Shown: positions 49,986 through 62,765 of the stretch, in pieces
How positions within the stretch are numbered: the stretch's first letter is position 1
Layout: each line of letters starts with the position of its first letter
Assembly (NCBI GenBank): GCA_051294375.1
Contig: CM119266.1
Location: forward strand, 17,292,087 to 17,356,086
Source of the DNA: Paraspadella gotoi
Taxonomy: Eukaryota > Animalia > Chaetognatha
Direction: 5' to 3'
Length of the DNA stretch: 64,000 nt
Translations under genes and position numbers: made by a program
Notes under the pieces: model-generated
Told to the model about the DNA's origin: nothing
The model's input: only the letters and a program-made list of their open reading frames with translations
The model's database searches: none

Positions 49986-52900
49986 TCAAACGTAAACGAT
50001 TCTGTTCAAATCTTTTCCGAATCCGTTAAAATTCGTCGCCATGGAAACCGCGTAAGCCCCGTTGTCGTCCATGAAGACAAAGTCGCCCGCGTCCAATTCC
50101 GGCCATTGTAACTCCTTCTGCAAGACGTCCGCGTGACATCCGGTTGGACCGGAGAGAAAAGTCGGGTAAGTGAATTCCATCGAAAGGCGAGTTCGGGTCA
50201 GAAAGGAGACGTTTCTCACTCCGAAGGGAAAGTCTTTGATGAAGGACAAGTTGCCGAAGACGCCGTCGTTGATGCAATAGTCAATTCTGCGACCCGATGG
50301 TCCGAGGGTGACTCGCTTCGTCACGATCTTGACCAAGAGGCCCGTCGTGCGGCAAGCAATGTATCTGACATAAAAGCGGGCAGGATATAGTTTAATCCCA
50401 CAATTATAGTTTTGCAGAAATGGGAATATTGTGTCGTCCATAATATTCTTTTTGTGTCGTCCATAATATTCTTTTTTAAAGGGTCCTCTAGATATGTTGG
50501 GAATATACGTAATTGCTCAAGTAAACTATATAAGAAATGAAGTTTTCTTTTTTGTGCTTTGAAAAACAAATTATACCTCATAATTTATGACATAGAGACA
50601 ACTTTTCATAGATTATGAAATTCAGTTTTATTATTATGATAATCCCTTCATTACGTTGTGTTAATGTGTTGGACATAAACTCTCGTCATAATCCGTCGAT
50701 CTAATTTACCTTTTGTAAAAGTGTTTAAAAATATAAACAATCGATATTTGCTTACAAACAATACAGTTTGTTATTATTTCATTACTTTGCTTAATCATAA
50801 TTCCATTTTATACAGATCGCAATAATATTTATTAGCCATCGTCGGGGTTTATAATAAATCGTTGTTGAACAATTTAAACTTCGTTTTCGCTGAAATTCAG
50901 TTAAAAAATATTTGTATTGCCTGTCAATTAACTAATTTACTATTTGACCGAGAATGTAGCATATTGAGTACAAAAAATATCACGCACCTTCCTGGTTCGG
51001 CGATCACTCTCACGCCTTCTCCCTCAGGAAAAAACTCATCCAGCGCGGAGTTGATGGCCGATGCGTAGACCGACAAGTCGGGCAAGCTGTCGGGAAAACC
51101 GGGAAATCCGCCGCCAATGTCGAGAACGCTCATTTGGAGGCCTAGACTTTGAGCCGCGGCGAAGGCGGTGGCGGCGGCGGCGATGGCGGATCGGAAGGCG
51201 GCTGTGTTGTCTAGACCAAAGCCGACGTGGAAGTGAATTCCGACGACGTTTAATCCTGGGAATGATTGATTAATTGATTGATTGATTGATTTATGGACTG
51301 ATAGAATACGAGGCCGATTACATGAAAGATTGTCAAATGACATGTGGATTAATGTTGATGTTGATAGATAAATTGATTAATTAATATATTGTTTATGTAT
51401 GTATGTGTAAACCTGAGAACGGTGAAATGATTTATCGAGTTCTTGATTGTATAACGCAGCTTGCGTTTAGTTTAGTCAACGATTCCCATCGAGAGCTTGT
51501 GGGATAATTGATCGTTCTAATGAAAGGTTAATATTTCGTCGTAAAATTGTTTGATTAAAAGAATAAATGGGCAGTAATCTATGACAGATGATCAATTACT
51601 GTAGTTACTGTTATGTTTTCCGAACAACGCCCCTTCTCTGGTTAAGAATATAAGCTCGATAATCAGTTAAGAAATTAGGGTTGATTATTAAGGTGAGGAT
51701 AGAGGTTAGAGTGTCTCAAGCGTAAGGTCACTTTAAGTATAAAACTAAGAATTTGTCAATCTAAGGAGTACAGTACATACAACTCGAATAATCATATTTT
51801 TTTGTAAAGTGACAGTTGGCAAATAGTCCCAAATACTTCACCAGATTCGGCGGCCTTTCGCAAGAGAATCGGGATTTGATCAGCTTTGGCGCCGGAACGG
51901 GATAGATCGTGGAGACTCGTCTCACTCTTGACGGAGACGCGGAGGAGAGCGAGACAAGTAGGATAGAGACGGAGCAGTTTATCCATTTCGTCTTCGCAGT
52001 CGAAAACGAGGAATTTGATGCCTGGAGGTAAGAATGGGGGGGGGGGTGAGTCTGTTTGTCAGAACTTTTTTTTTATTCGCGCAGCGATATATGTCGAACG
52101 ATCGGTCTGTCTTGTCCGTCGGTCGGTCCCCCTTAAATTTCAGACGGTCAAATGGTAATGCAGCTTCGATTAAGTTCATATTAGGTATAAAGGTAGGGGC
52201 ACCATAGGACCTTAAATGTACAAAGTGCAGTCACGTGATTATCTAAAAAAGCGATGACATGACCAGAAATTCAATGCGGCTTAATTCATGAAATACTTGG
52301 CAGACTGGTATTGTATCGTGGCAGACATAATGAGAGATTTATTATCAAATGATAAAACAGTAGAAAGAGACGTTTACAATGGAAATGAGACACACGGCAG
52401 CCGCCAAGAAAGAGAAAGAGAGAGAGAGAGAGAGAGAGATACTAGTAGCCGGTTTCCCTCGCGACCACTGAACAGTGGCCAACTGAGTAAAAGCTTCTTG
52501 TGCCTACGTAAAGTTAACATGGCATAGTTCGTTCACAACAAGGTTATTTTAGTTAAAAATAAGTCACAAATAAGTGATCAACCATAATAAGCTTGGTGTC
52601 TTTTGTTTGTAATCACCTCAGGTCATCATCGACACAGATCAGAGAAAAAGAAGGAAGAAAGAGAAAAAGAGGTAAAGAGGGGAAACAAAGATAGATGGAG
52701 AAACAGAGAGACATAAGTTAGTGACAGTGAGTCTTCCGTTTATACAATTAAACTGTTCATAAAACCATAAAGCCATATACCCTGGATTTAATAATCTAGA
52801 CTAGGTGAGAGTCTTGATAGAAAGCTTGTAAGTGGAATGAGGGCCTTACCTCGCCACAGCTTGTCCAAACTAAGGAGGCGAGATTGATTGTTTATCTTTG

Positions 52901-53311
52901 TTTATTTTATAAGGGTTGTTCCAATTTATTGTGACGGAGATGAACCACAGATGAACCGGGCCTCCCCCCTCACCTTTTTTCAGCCGCGAAGGCGACGTGA
53001 GACTCAAACTTGGATCCATTGGAAAAGACGATATCTGCCGGTTGGGCTTCACGACGAAGCATTTCCTCCTCTGCTTTGGCTCTAAGAGAAAGTACAGCTT
53101 CCTCTGCTTTGGCTCTAAGAGAAAGCACCGTCTCATCCGTTGGAGCTCCAAAAAGATGCGCTATCCTTTCCAGTTGGGCTTCAAAACGAAGCATCGCCTC
53201 GTCTGGTTCGACTCCAATACGAAGCACAGATTCCATCTCTTTTTTTGAAGCGCAGTCGAATCCGCAGCCTACGCAGTGGAGAGCGGCGAGAAGGCGCTCG
53301 TCCGCGTTGGC
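49986..53311 (-). CDS. ODC1: Ornithine decarboxylase-family (group IV PLP decarboxylase / antizyme-inhibitor-like) protein, exons 2-6, intact copy
   Basis: Exons 52974-53311, 52850-52869, 51842-52021, 50988-51255, 49986-50364 are in phase. Motifs GFDCASKKE, DIVFSNGSK, VFDCEDE, GIHFHVG, LDIGGGF, IAEPGRY, INDGVFG, GPTGC, GAY, FNGF. Exon 1 is present only at 62565-62765. Confidence 0.85.
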
Positions 53312-54753
53312 CTTGGGGTAAGTTATTGTTATGGTTTAATTTTTATTAAAACTTACTTTTATCAAGAAAGTTGAAATAATCATGAAAATTTGCAAATTAC
53401 TTGTTTCAGTATTTTTTATTTTTCTATTTTAATATTTAAAAGGAGATAGAGATGATCCATTGTCAATGATCAATGGTTTTAATCTTATTCGTCGTTCGTC
53501 GTTGTTGTCGTCGTCGTCTTCCTTTCCTCCTCTCCTTCCTTCTCGTTCCGCACGTGTCTTTTATTTTCTATTTATTTTTTAAATAAATTTTTTTTCATTT
53601 AGTTGTATTTATTTTTCACATTTTTTAAAATTTTAATTATTTGTTTTTTAATATAGGAATACGTAATATAAAATGAAAAACGTCGATGTGTCGTCGTTTT
53701 TTTTTTAGTTGTTATTACCTTTTTCATGAAATTGTAAAACTAAAATAAAGATTTTCCAATATCCATTTGAGCGCGAAACAGGTTCCTGCAACCGTATAGA
53801 TATTGTTAAAGTGAAAATTAAAAAGATTAAGTTTACTGCCATTGTTAAATTAAAACGCATGAAGCCATTTTTAAATAATCGCGAATACTATGTCATATAA
53901 AACAATTTTTTTTAATAATTTTAATTTTTTTTACATCGTATTCTGATAGAGCGAGAAAAATTTAATCAAGGTTATTATAACAACTTTTTAAAAATTAGAT
54001 TTGTCAATAAAAATTAAGCAAAAACTTTTTCATTTACTGAATATGATTATGATATAATGATAATAATGAAATATATGGATGATAATAATAATGATGATTA
54101 TTCAGGTTTTTTTAAAATTTTTGACACATTTATTACTTTAAAAATTTTTAAATATTGTAATAACTATAGCTGTATGCTAACTTTTTGAATCTCTTCAGAA
54201 TCGGTTTTAACAATAATTCAAAAACAATTCAAAAAACATAAGTTCTACTTAGTATTATACCATACCCAATTAAGACTTTCACCTGCAGACTGTTTAATAT
54301 TATAAAAAGGGATTTAATTCTGGTCCCGCCTTATCACTCCATTTATTTCACAAAGAAACGTGTATTAGTTTTTCGATATTCTAGTTTTTATTCAAATCAC
54401 TACTTTTAATTTTTTTTTTACTTCTCACATTCATTTATTCTATTGTCAGCTTCAGTTTTCTCTTTTTTCCATCCATTTTTTTTTTCTATTTCCAATTATG
54501 TTTGTCATCCATGCTTTTTTCATTTACCTCATTTTTCATTTGCCTTTTACTTTTTTCCTTCTTTGACCCCACACCCCCCTCAGCCCTACCCTTACGACCG
54601 TCCATCCCCAATCAAATAAAGGATGATTCTGATTATTGATGTACATCGTCGGCAAACATGTAATCATTACATTCTTTTGGCTTGCAGATTTGAGAGAGCG
54701 GAAGAGACCAGATGGCGCTAATGGTGAGAGAGAGAGAGAGGAGAAGAGAGAGA

Positions 54754-54798
<45 letters not shown>

Positions 54799-54831
54799 AG
54801 ACAGACTCTAGTCAAACATTCACTTTTCTTA

Positions 54832-55875
54832 GAAATGGCCGATGCGATCTCGTTTGTGCTCCAAACTGCATTTTATCCTTCAAGCAGAACATCATTACAA
54901 AGACGCTCTCCGGCCGATGCAGGTATCGGGTGATCCAAAAAAATACTATTTTTTTTAAGTTTCAGAATTTACAAAAAAAAACAACTAATTTTTATATTTA
55001 GCTGAATAGACGGAAAATGATATAAAAAACAATATTAACTCATCATTTGTTTACTTAAAATTCTCTTTCTTTTTTTGTCATAATCGAAAATTTCTCAGAA
55101 AACAATTCATTCATAAAAATAAAATAGTTTCATTAAACGCAGAAATCCATCGTCAAACAAAAATCCGAACAAGACAACGAATTTTCTATCGACCATTGAG
55201 CGAAACCAAAACTGCATCGTCCAAATCAAATGACTTTGGCTTTCTACCGAATCAGAGACGCCGGATCCAGATTCTTCGCGAAAAACCTTCTTCGGTCTTT
55301 TTCGACCAATCAGAGACGAGAATCCTCGACGTTAACGTTGACTTCCTCAACTTTAGGGATTCCCGACATTTTCCCCCAACCCACTCGGCCTAATATCTAT
55401 CCTGATAGTTATCCCGATTCTTTGACAAATTTCCCGGACGTCAGATTTCAGCTTCCTCTTCTGATTTTTCTATGGAAACAGAATCTTTTCTCCCTCTCGT
55501 CGCCTTCCTCCTCCTCCTTTTTCTTCCACCTCTTCCTCCTCTCCCTCTCTCTCTAACCGCTTTCCCTCCTTCCCCCCATCTCTTCATCCTTTCCTCCCTC
55601 TTTTCTCTTCCTCCTCTTCGTTCTCTCTCTCCTTCCCTCTCTTCTCTCTTTCCTCCTCTCCTCCCCCTCTCATCTCTTTCTTCGATGACATCTACCGGAT
55701 TTCCGGTTTATTACTTTCCGCCCGACGCGTCAAAAATGACGTTAAAAGTGACGTAATCAATAACGTCGCCTGCGAAGTCAAAGACGAAACTAAAGAGGAT
55801 GACGATGACGACGACGACGACGACAAATTCAGGACTTTTGGAACCGGAACTTTTTTCCGGTCTTCGTTTGAAAGA
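54832..55875 (+). pseudogene. Frameshifted duplicate of bHLH exons 4-5 (within duplication copy 2)
   Basis: KWPMRSRL exon and terminal exon repeated with many indels; the bHLH-encoding exons are not duplicated. Confidence 0.7.
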
Positions 55876-56034
55876 AGGTTTACTGTTTTCAAAATTCCCA
55901 AAACTACCCATTTAGTCTTAAATTAAGTTAAAAGTTGTTAAGTTCAAAGATACCATCGCAGGGGTATCCATGAGTTTTTCCTTAAATACGGTCAGAGGTT
56001 CGGTCAAAAATTTGGCTTGAGCTTAATGTTATTA

Positions 56035-56080
<46 letters not shown>

Positions 56081-58167
56081 TTTTATAATTATTAAGGTTA
56101 AAATTTAATTTATGAATTAAAAAATATAAATGGGCGCTCTTGTGCAAAATAGTCATTGTTAGAACTCGTAAAGTAATCGTTTAACAATTATAAAACGTTA
56201 GTCTTCATTAGCGTGTTGTACGCTTTTGGCCTTTGTTGCTTGTCATCGTCGTCGTCGTTGTTGTCGTTGTCGTTGTTGTGAATTTTCTCTATTCTGTTGT
56301 TTCATTCCTCTGTGATGCTACTATACTGACACATTATATTGTATATATTTTGTATTATCTACATATTACATAGAGTAAATTTTCCGTGACCCCAATGTAG
56401 GGAAAAAAATGAAGCAAGTGTCATAATTTCTCCCTTAAACTCCTCCCTTCTGTTTCTGGTCAACTCAAGATGCAATAACCTTTGCTTATTTCGTAAGATG
56501 AACGTCTTTTCGTCAATGGAAATTTAATATTCTCTCTCTTCTTCTCTCTCTCTCTCTCTCTCATCTCTACTCTCTCTCTCTCTCTCTCTCTCTCCGCTAG
56601 ATCGACTCGGAATTTTTTAAAAAGTTTTTTAAAAAGTTTTTCTTCCCAAGGAAAGAGAGAGATAGGACCGGATACAACATTCTCTATAATCCATTCCTCG
56701 GTTTCCAGGTTTCCTTCTTTCTGCGATGACCATATGACACCCAAAATTCGCCCAAGCCAAGGTTGCTGGGAGATAGATTAATACATTACCATAAATAATC
56801 AAGTTCAATATTTTTCTGATTTTGTTTTTGGTTTTGTTCCTTTGAATATCCTCTAGAAGTCCAAAATCTCTTATTTCTTCCGGTAAGAGATTTTTCGTAA
56901 ACATTTTTTCTAGTTGACAAATGTGTTTATGGATTGATCAGAAACATGAGGGTTTCATTTTAGTAGCCTATGTTTTTACTTTCTTGTAAAGTAGCGCTCT
57001 TATTATGTAATGATCCACAAACGCTTTAATAGTATTTTATAAGTTTGTTAAGTTTAAAAGTTAAATTAGATCTTTTAATTGTATTATGCGTTATCATTCT
57101 ACGGTTCTCATTGTCTTTGTACTTGCAACGACCTGTCCTTAAATACAATAATATACAACACAACTTCTATAGCTTTTAATTTTATGATTATAATTAATTA
57201 CCGTCGAGAGATTTAACTAATTTTCTGGTGGCCTCTCGCCACCAGCACTTTCTTCTTTTCACGACCTCATGGTCATGTAATATCAGAGAATGGTGATGGC
57301 TAGTGATCAGAACTGGTAATGATGAATGATTATCTATTGCGCCTACGAAACACCCAAGAATTACCATCCGGGATGCCAGATATGGCATTGATCTGCCAGG
57401 CTGAATTCTTCCAAAAATACCTAATCCCAAATATTATTCTGCTTAGATAAACCCAGAAACTCCTTTTTAATCTCATTTCCTATATTTTTTTCTTTTTGAT
57501 CAATCTCTCCTTTTCATCAGAGAAAAGGAAAAAGAAAGAAAATCATTTTCATTGCAGATTTCGTCTCTGCTTCATGCTTCATATCTCTGGGCCAGATGAA
57601 AAGAGGGAACGAAATGAAAAGTCGGCCAAGTAATCAATTCGAGAAAGCAACAATGCATCAAGCAAATCAAATAATATGAGACAATCAAAGACGAAAGACA
57701 ATCAGTTTCGACATGCAGTAATCGATCAATCGATCAGACAAGGAGGCTATTGTGACGATATATTCACACCGCCTCACATCCAGCTTCATTGAGCAAATCC
57801 ATTGGCTCATAGGGCGAACGTACCAACCCAATCGTTACGTTCCATCCACATTCCACAGTCCCAATGACTTCCCTCTGAGTTGGCAAAGCGAGACTGTCCT
57901 AGCGTAGCCGTGCCAATGACAGGTTGCGTCACTTAAGATCGAAAGACACCAAAGCCAACAGTGAGATGCCTCATCCCAATGGCTGTTGCCATATTATTTC
58001 ATAATTTCTTTTCTTCAATCATAAGGAGTTTTAGATGCATTTGTAAATTTAAAATTTTAAAATTTTGAAGTTTTGTAATTGAAAGCAAAATTTCCATAAA
58101 AAAATTATAATATTCAAGCAATCAATGATTGTAAAGTTCTTAACGATTCATCGTGACGAAATTTTTT

Positions 58168-61100
58168 TCAAAACGTAAACGATTCTGTTCAAATCTTTTC
58201 CGAATCCGTTAAAATTCGTCGGCCATGGAAACCGCGTAAGCCCCGTTGTCGTCCATGAAGACAAAGTCGCCGCCGCGTTCCAATTCCGGCCATCGTAACT
58301 CCTTCTGCAAGACGTCCGCGTGACATCCGGTTTGGACCGGAGAGAAAGTCGGGTAAGTGAATTCCATCGAAAGGCGAGTTCGGGTCAGAAAGGAGACGTT
58401 TCTCACTCCGAAGGGAAAGTCTTTGATGAAGGACAAGTTGCCGAAGACGCCGTCGTTGATGCAATAGTCAATTCTGCGACCCGATGTTCCGAGGGTGACT
58501 CGCTTCGTCACGATCTTGACCAAGAGGCCCCGTCGTGCGGCAAAGCAATGTATCTGACATAAAAGCGGGCAGGATATAGTTTAATCCCCACAATTATAGT
58601 TTTGCAGAAATGGGAATATTGTGTCGTCCATAATATTCTTTTTGTGTCGTCCATAATATTCTTTTTTTAAAGGGTCCTCTAGATATGTTGGGAATATACG
58701 TAATTGCTCAAGTAAACTATATAAAGAAATGAAGTTTTCTTTTTGTGCTTTGAAAAACAAATTATACCTCATAATCTTTATGACATAGAGACAACTTTTC
58801 ATAGATTATGAAATTCAGTTTTATTATTATGATAATCCCTTCATTACGTTGTGTTAATGTGTTGGACATAAACTCTCGTCATAATCGTCGATCTAATTTA
58901 CCTTTTGTAAAAGTGTTTAAAAATATAAACAATCGATATTTGCTTACAAACAATACAGTTTGTTATTATTTCATTACTTTGGCTTAATCATAATTCCATT
59001 TTATACAGATCGCAATAATATTTATTAGCCATCGTCGGGGTTTATAATAAATCGTTGTTGAACAATTTAAACTTCGTTTTCGCTGAAATTCAGTTAAAAA
59101 ATATTTGTATTGCCTGTCAATTAACTAATTTACTATTTGACCGAGAATGTAGCATATTGAGTACAAAAAATATCACGCACCTTCCTGGTTCGGCGATCAC
59201 TCTCACGCCTTCTCCCTCAGGAAAAAACTCATCCAGCGCGGAGTTGATGGCCGATGCGTAGACCGACAAGTCGGGCAAGCTGTCGGAAAAACCGGGAAAT
59301 CCGCCGCCAATGTCGAGAACGCTCATTTGGAGGCCTAGACTTTGAGCCGCGGCGAAGGCGGTGGCGGCGGCGGCGATGGCGGATCGGAAGGCGGCTGTGT
59401 TGTCTAGACAAAGCCGACGTGGAAGTGATTCCGACGACGTTTAATCCTGGGAATGATTGATTAATTGATTGATTGATTGATTTATGGACTGATAGAATAC
59501 GAGGCCGATTACATGAAAGATTGTCAAATGACATGTGGATTAATGTTGATGTTGATAGATAAATTGATTAATTAATATATTGTTTATGTATGTATGTGTA
59601 AACCTGAGAACGGTGAAATGATTTATCGAGTTCTTGATTGTATAACGCAGCTTGCGTTTAGTTTAGTCAACGATTCCCATCGAGAGCTTGTGGGATAATT
59701 GATCGTTCTAATGAAAGGTTAATATTTCGTCGTAAAATTGTTTGATTAAAAGAATAATGGGCAGTAATCTATGACAGATGATCAATTACTGTAGTTACTG
59801 TTATGTTTTCCGAACAACGCCCTTCTCTGGTTAAGAATATAAGCTCGATAATCAGTTAAGAAATTAGGGTTGATTATTAAGGTGAGGATAGAGGTTAGAG
59901 TGTCTCAAGCGTAAGGTCACTTTAAGTATAAAACTAAGAATTTGTCAATCTAAGGAGTACAGTACATACAACTCGAATAATCATATTTTTTTTGTAAAGT
60001 GACAGTTGGCAAATAGTCCCAAATACTTCACCAGATTCGGCGGCCTTTCGCAAGAGAATCGGGATTTGATCAGCTTTGGCGCCGGAACGGGATAGATCGT
60101 GGAGACTCGTCTCACTCTTGACGGAGACGCGGAGGAGAGCGAGACAAGTAGGATAGAGACGGAGCAGTTTATCCATTTCGTCTTCGCAGTCGAAAACGAG
60201 GAATTTGATGCCTGGAGGTAAGAATGGGGGGGGGGGTGAGTCTGTTTGTCAGAACTTTTTTTTTACTCGCGAAGCGATGTATGTCGAACGATCGGTCTGT
60301 CTTGTCCGTCGGTCGGTCCCCCTTAAATTTCAGACCGTCAAATGGTAATGCAGCTTCGATTAAGTTCATATTAGGTATAAAGGTAGGGGCACCATAGGAC
60401 CTTAAATGTACAAAGTGCAGTCACGTGATATATCTAAAAAAGCGATGACATGACCAGAAATTCAATGCGGCTTATTTTCATGAAATACTTGGCAGACTGG
60501 TATTGTATCGTGGCAGACATAATGAGAGATTTATTATCAAATGATAAAAGTAAACAAAGAGACGTTTACAATGGAAATGAGACACACGGACAGCCGCCAA
60601 AAAAGAGAGAGAGAGAGAGAGGAAGAGAGAGAGAGAGATAACTAGTAGCCGGTTTCCCTCGCGACCACTGAACAGTGGCCAACTTGAGTGACGGGTAAAA
60701 GCTTCTTGTGCTACGTAAACAGTACACGTACATAGTTTAGAACATGGCATAGTTCGTTCACAACAAGGTTATTTTTAGTTAAAAATAAGTACAAAATAAG
60801 TGATACAACCATAATAAGCTTGGTGTCTTTTGTTTGTAATCACCTCAGGTCATCATCGACACAGATCAGAGAAAAAAGAAGGAAGAAAGAGAAAAAGAGG
60901 TAAAGAGGGGAAACAAAGATAGATGGAGAAACAGAGAGACATAAGTTAGTGACAGTGAGTCTTCCGTTTATACAATTAAAACCTGTTCATAAAACCATAA
61001 AGCCATATACCTGGGATTTAATAATCTAGACTAGGTGAGAGTCTTGATAGAAAGCTTGTAAGTGGAATGGAGGCCTTACCTCGCCACAGCTTGTCCAAAC

Positions 61101-61538
61101 TAAGGAGGCGAGATTGATTGTTTATCTTTGTTTATTATATAAGGGTTGTTCCATTTTATTGTGACGGAGATGAACCACAGATGAACCGGGCCTCCCCCCT
61201 CACCTTTTTTCAGCCGCGAAGGCGACGTGAGACTCAAACTTGGATCCATTGGAAAAGACGATTTCTGCCGGTTGGGCTTCACGACGAAGCATTTCCCTCT
61301 GCTTTGGCTCTAAGAGAAAGTACAGCTTCCTCTGCTTTGGCTCTAAGAGAAAGCACCGCCTCATCCGTTGGAGCTCCAAAAAGATGCGCTATTCTTTCCA
61401 GTTGGGCTTCAAACGAAGCATCGCCTCGTCTGGTTCGGACTCCAATACGAAGCACAGATTCCATCTCTTTTTTTGAAGCGCAGTCGAATCCGCAGCCTAC
61501 GCAGTGAGAGCGGCGAGAAGGCGCTCGTCCGCGTTGGC
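58168..61538 (-). pseudogene. Frameshifted duplicate of ODC-like exons 2-6 (probably an error-laden assembly copy)
   Basis: Same exons as 49986-53311 with several 1-nt indels (e.g. near 58220, 58275, 59410, 61410). Confidence 0.7.
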
Positions 61539-61917
61539 CTTGGGGTAGTTATTGATTGTTATGGTTTAATTTTTATTAAAACTTACTTTTATCAAGAAAG
61601 TTGAAATAATCATGAAAATTTGCAAATTACTTGTTTCAGTATTTTTTATTTTTCTATTTTAATATTTTAATATTTTTATGAAGGATTTAGTATTTAATCT
61701 ATATTATTTATTCAAACATATATTGCTTTCTTTTTTAAAAAATGTTTTATTTATCAAATAATTCAATTTGGGAAGGCGAAGTCAGTGTTGTCTTCTGGAA
61801 ATAGAGGGAGCATCTATACAACACAAGGTTAGATTACTAACTGTCCTAGTTTTCTAATAGATATCACACATCATTTCTGTTAGAAAGTCATTAATGAAAA
61901 ATCATAATATCAAGAGG

Positions 61918-61942
61918 NNNNNNNNNNNNNNNNNNNNNNNNN
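61918..61942. other. Assembly gap (N run)
   Basis: 25 N bases. Confidence 1.
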
Positions 61943-62564
61943 AGAGGCTGAACAGAAAGGGGAGGGAATGGATAATTTTTTGAGTGACCAACATTATATA
62001 TGTTTTTTTTTTACCAATAGGGATAAGACTACCATGTAGAATTGTATGTTCTGATAGGGATACATATGTAAGATACACATGTAAGATTTCTGAATGCATA
62101 ATCAAAGCGTCAAAAAGGTAAGAAATACATTAAATATTTAACAATTTAAACATATTTCTTATAATCTTCCTAAAATTTTGCTTTACTTACCTTTAATTTT
62201 GATAGTGATGAAAATCTTAAAATAAGGTGAATTAAAGATGTTCAGACACGACCAGTGAAAAAAATTAACAAATATGGCTTTTATAGAGTGTAATACATAA
62301 AAACGACTAAATGTTTTAAAAACATCTACTACACCTTGTAGTTTCGTCAATTTTTTTTTCATTGTATATAAAAGTAAAATTAAAAAAAAAACGATTACCA
62401 CTTATTTAATTATTGTATCTCAAATCGTTCAGACAGGGCAGGACGTTAAGTGTCGTCTCGATATAGGGCCCCACCCCTGTATAAACAAAAGCACTTTTCA
62501 CTAGGGTTTTAACATAAATTGTACGTAAAATCTGTGCCAAAAAAATATGTACCCATTCACTCAC

Positions 62565-62765
62565 TTTTATAGCGTAGAAGGGTTTCACCCTGGGCAAAAG
62601 ACGTCGCCAATTGACAACAGCCTCAACCGCGACTGAGTTGTCCATGATGAGGATCGGATTTTCGGGCGTAGGTGCCTCGTCGCGGAGAATTCGGACGGCG
62701 ACGTTCAATTTGCGTTGAGTTATCTCGTCGGGAGCGTCCAGAGAGTGGAGAATGAAAGAGGACAT
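62565..62765 (-). CDS. ODC1: ODC-like gene, first coding exon containing the PLP-binding lysine
   Basis: 67 codons MSSFIL..PILIMD..WRRLLPRVKPFYAIK ending at a phase-0 GTGAGT donor that matches exon 2 (ANADE..). An acceptor 7 nt upstream of the ATG implies an upstream, probably non-coding, exon. Confidence 0.87.

Larger units (their letters stand above)
45380..61670 (+). repeat. ~8.1-kb direct tandem duplication (copy 1 ~45380-53437, copy 2 ~53447-61670), likely an assembly artefact
   Basis: Colinear copies starting GAGATGATCCATTGTCAATG. Copy 2 differs mainly by 1-2 nt indels, densest at its start, and ends ~250 nt before an N-gap. Confidence 0.9.

Noticed and set aside
52970-52985. Programmed +1 frameshift (antizyme-like) at GAA AAA AGG TGA in the ODC-like gene
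   Set aside because: The phase mismatch is fully explained by the 20-nt micro-exon at 52850-52869; the TGA lies in the GTGAG donor.
49986-62765. Two genuine ODC paralogues
   Set aside because: Only one exon 1 exists, and copy 2 differs mostly by error-like indels next to an assembly gap.
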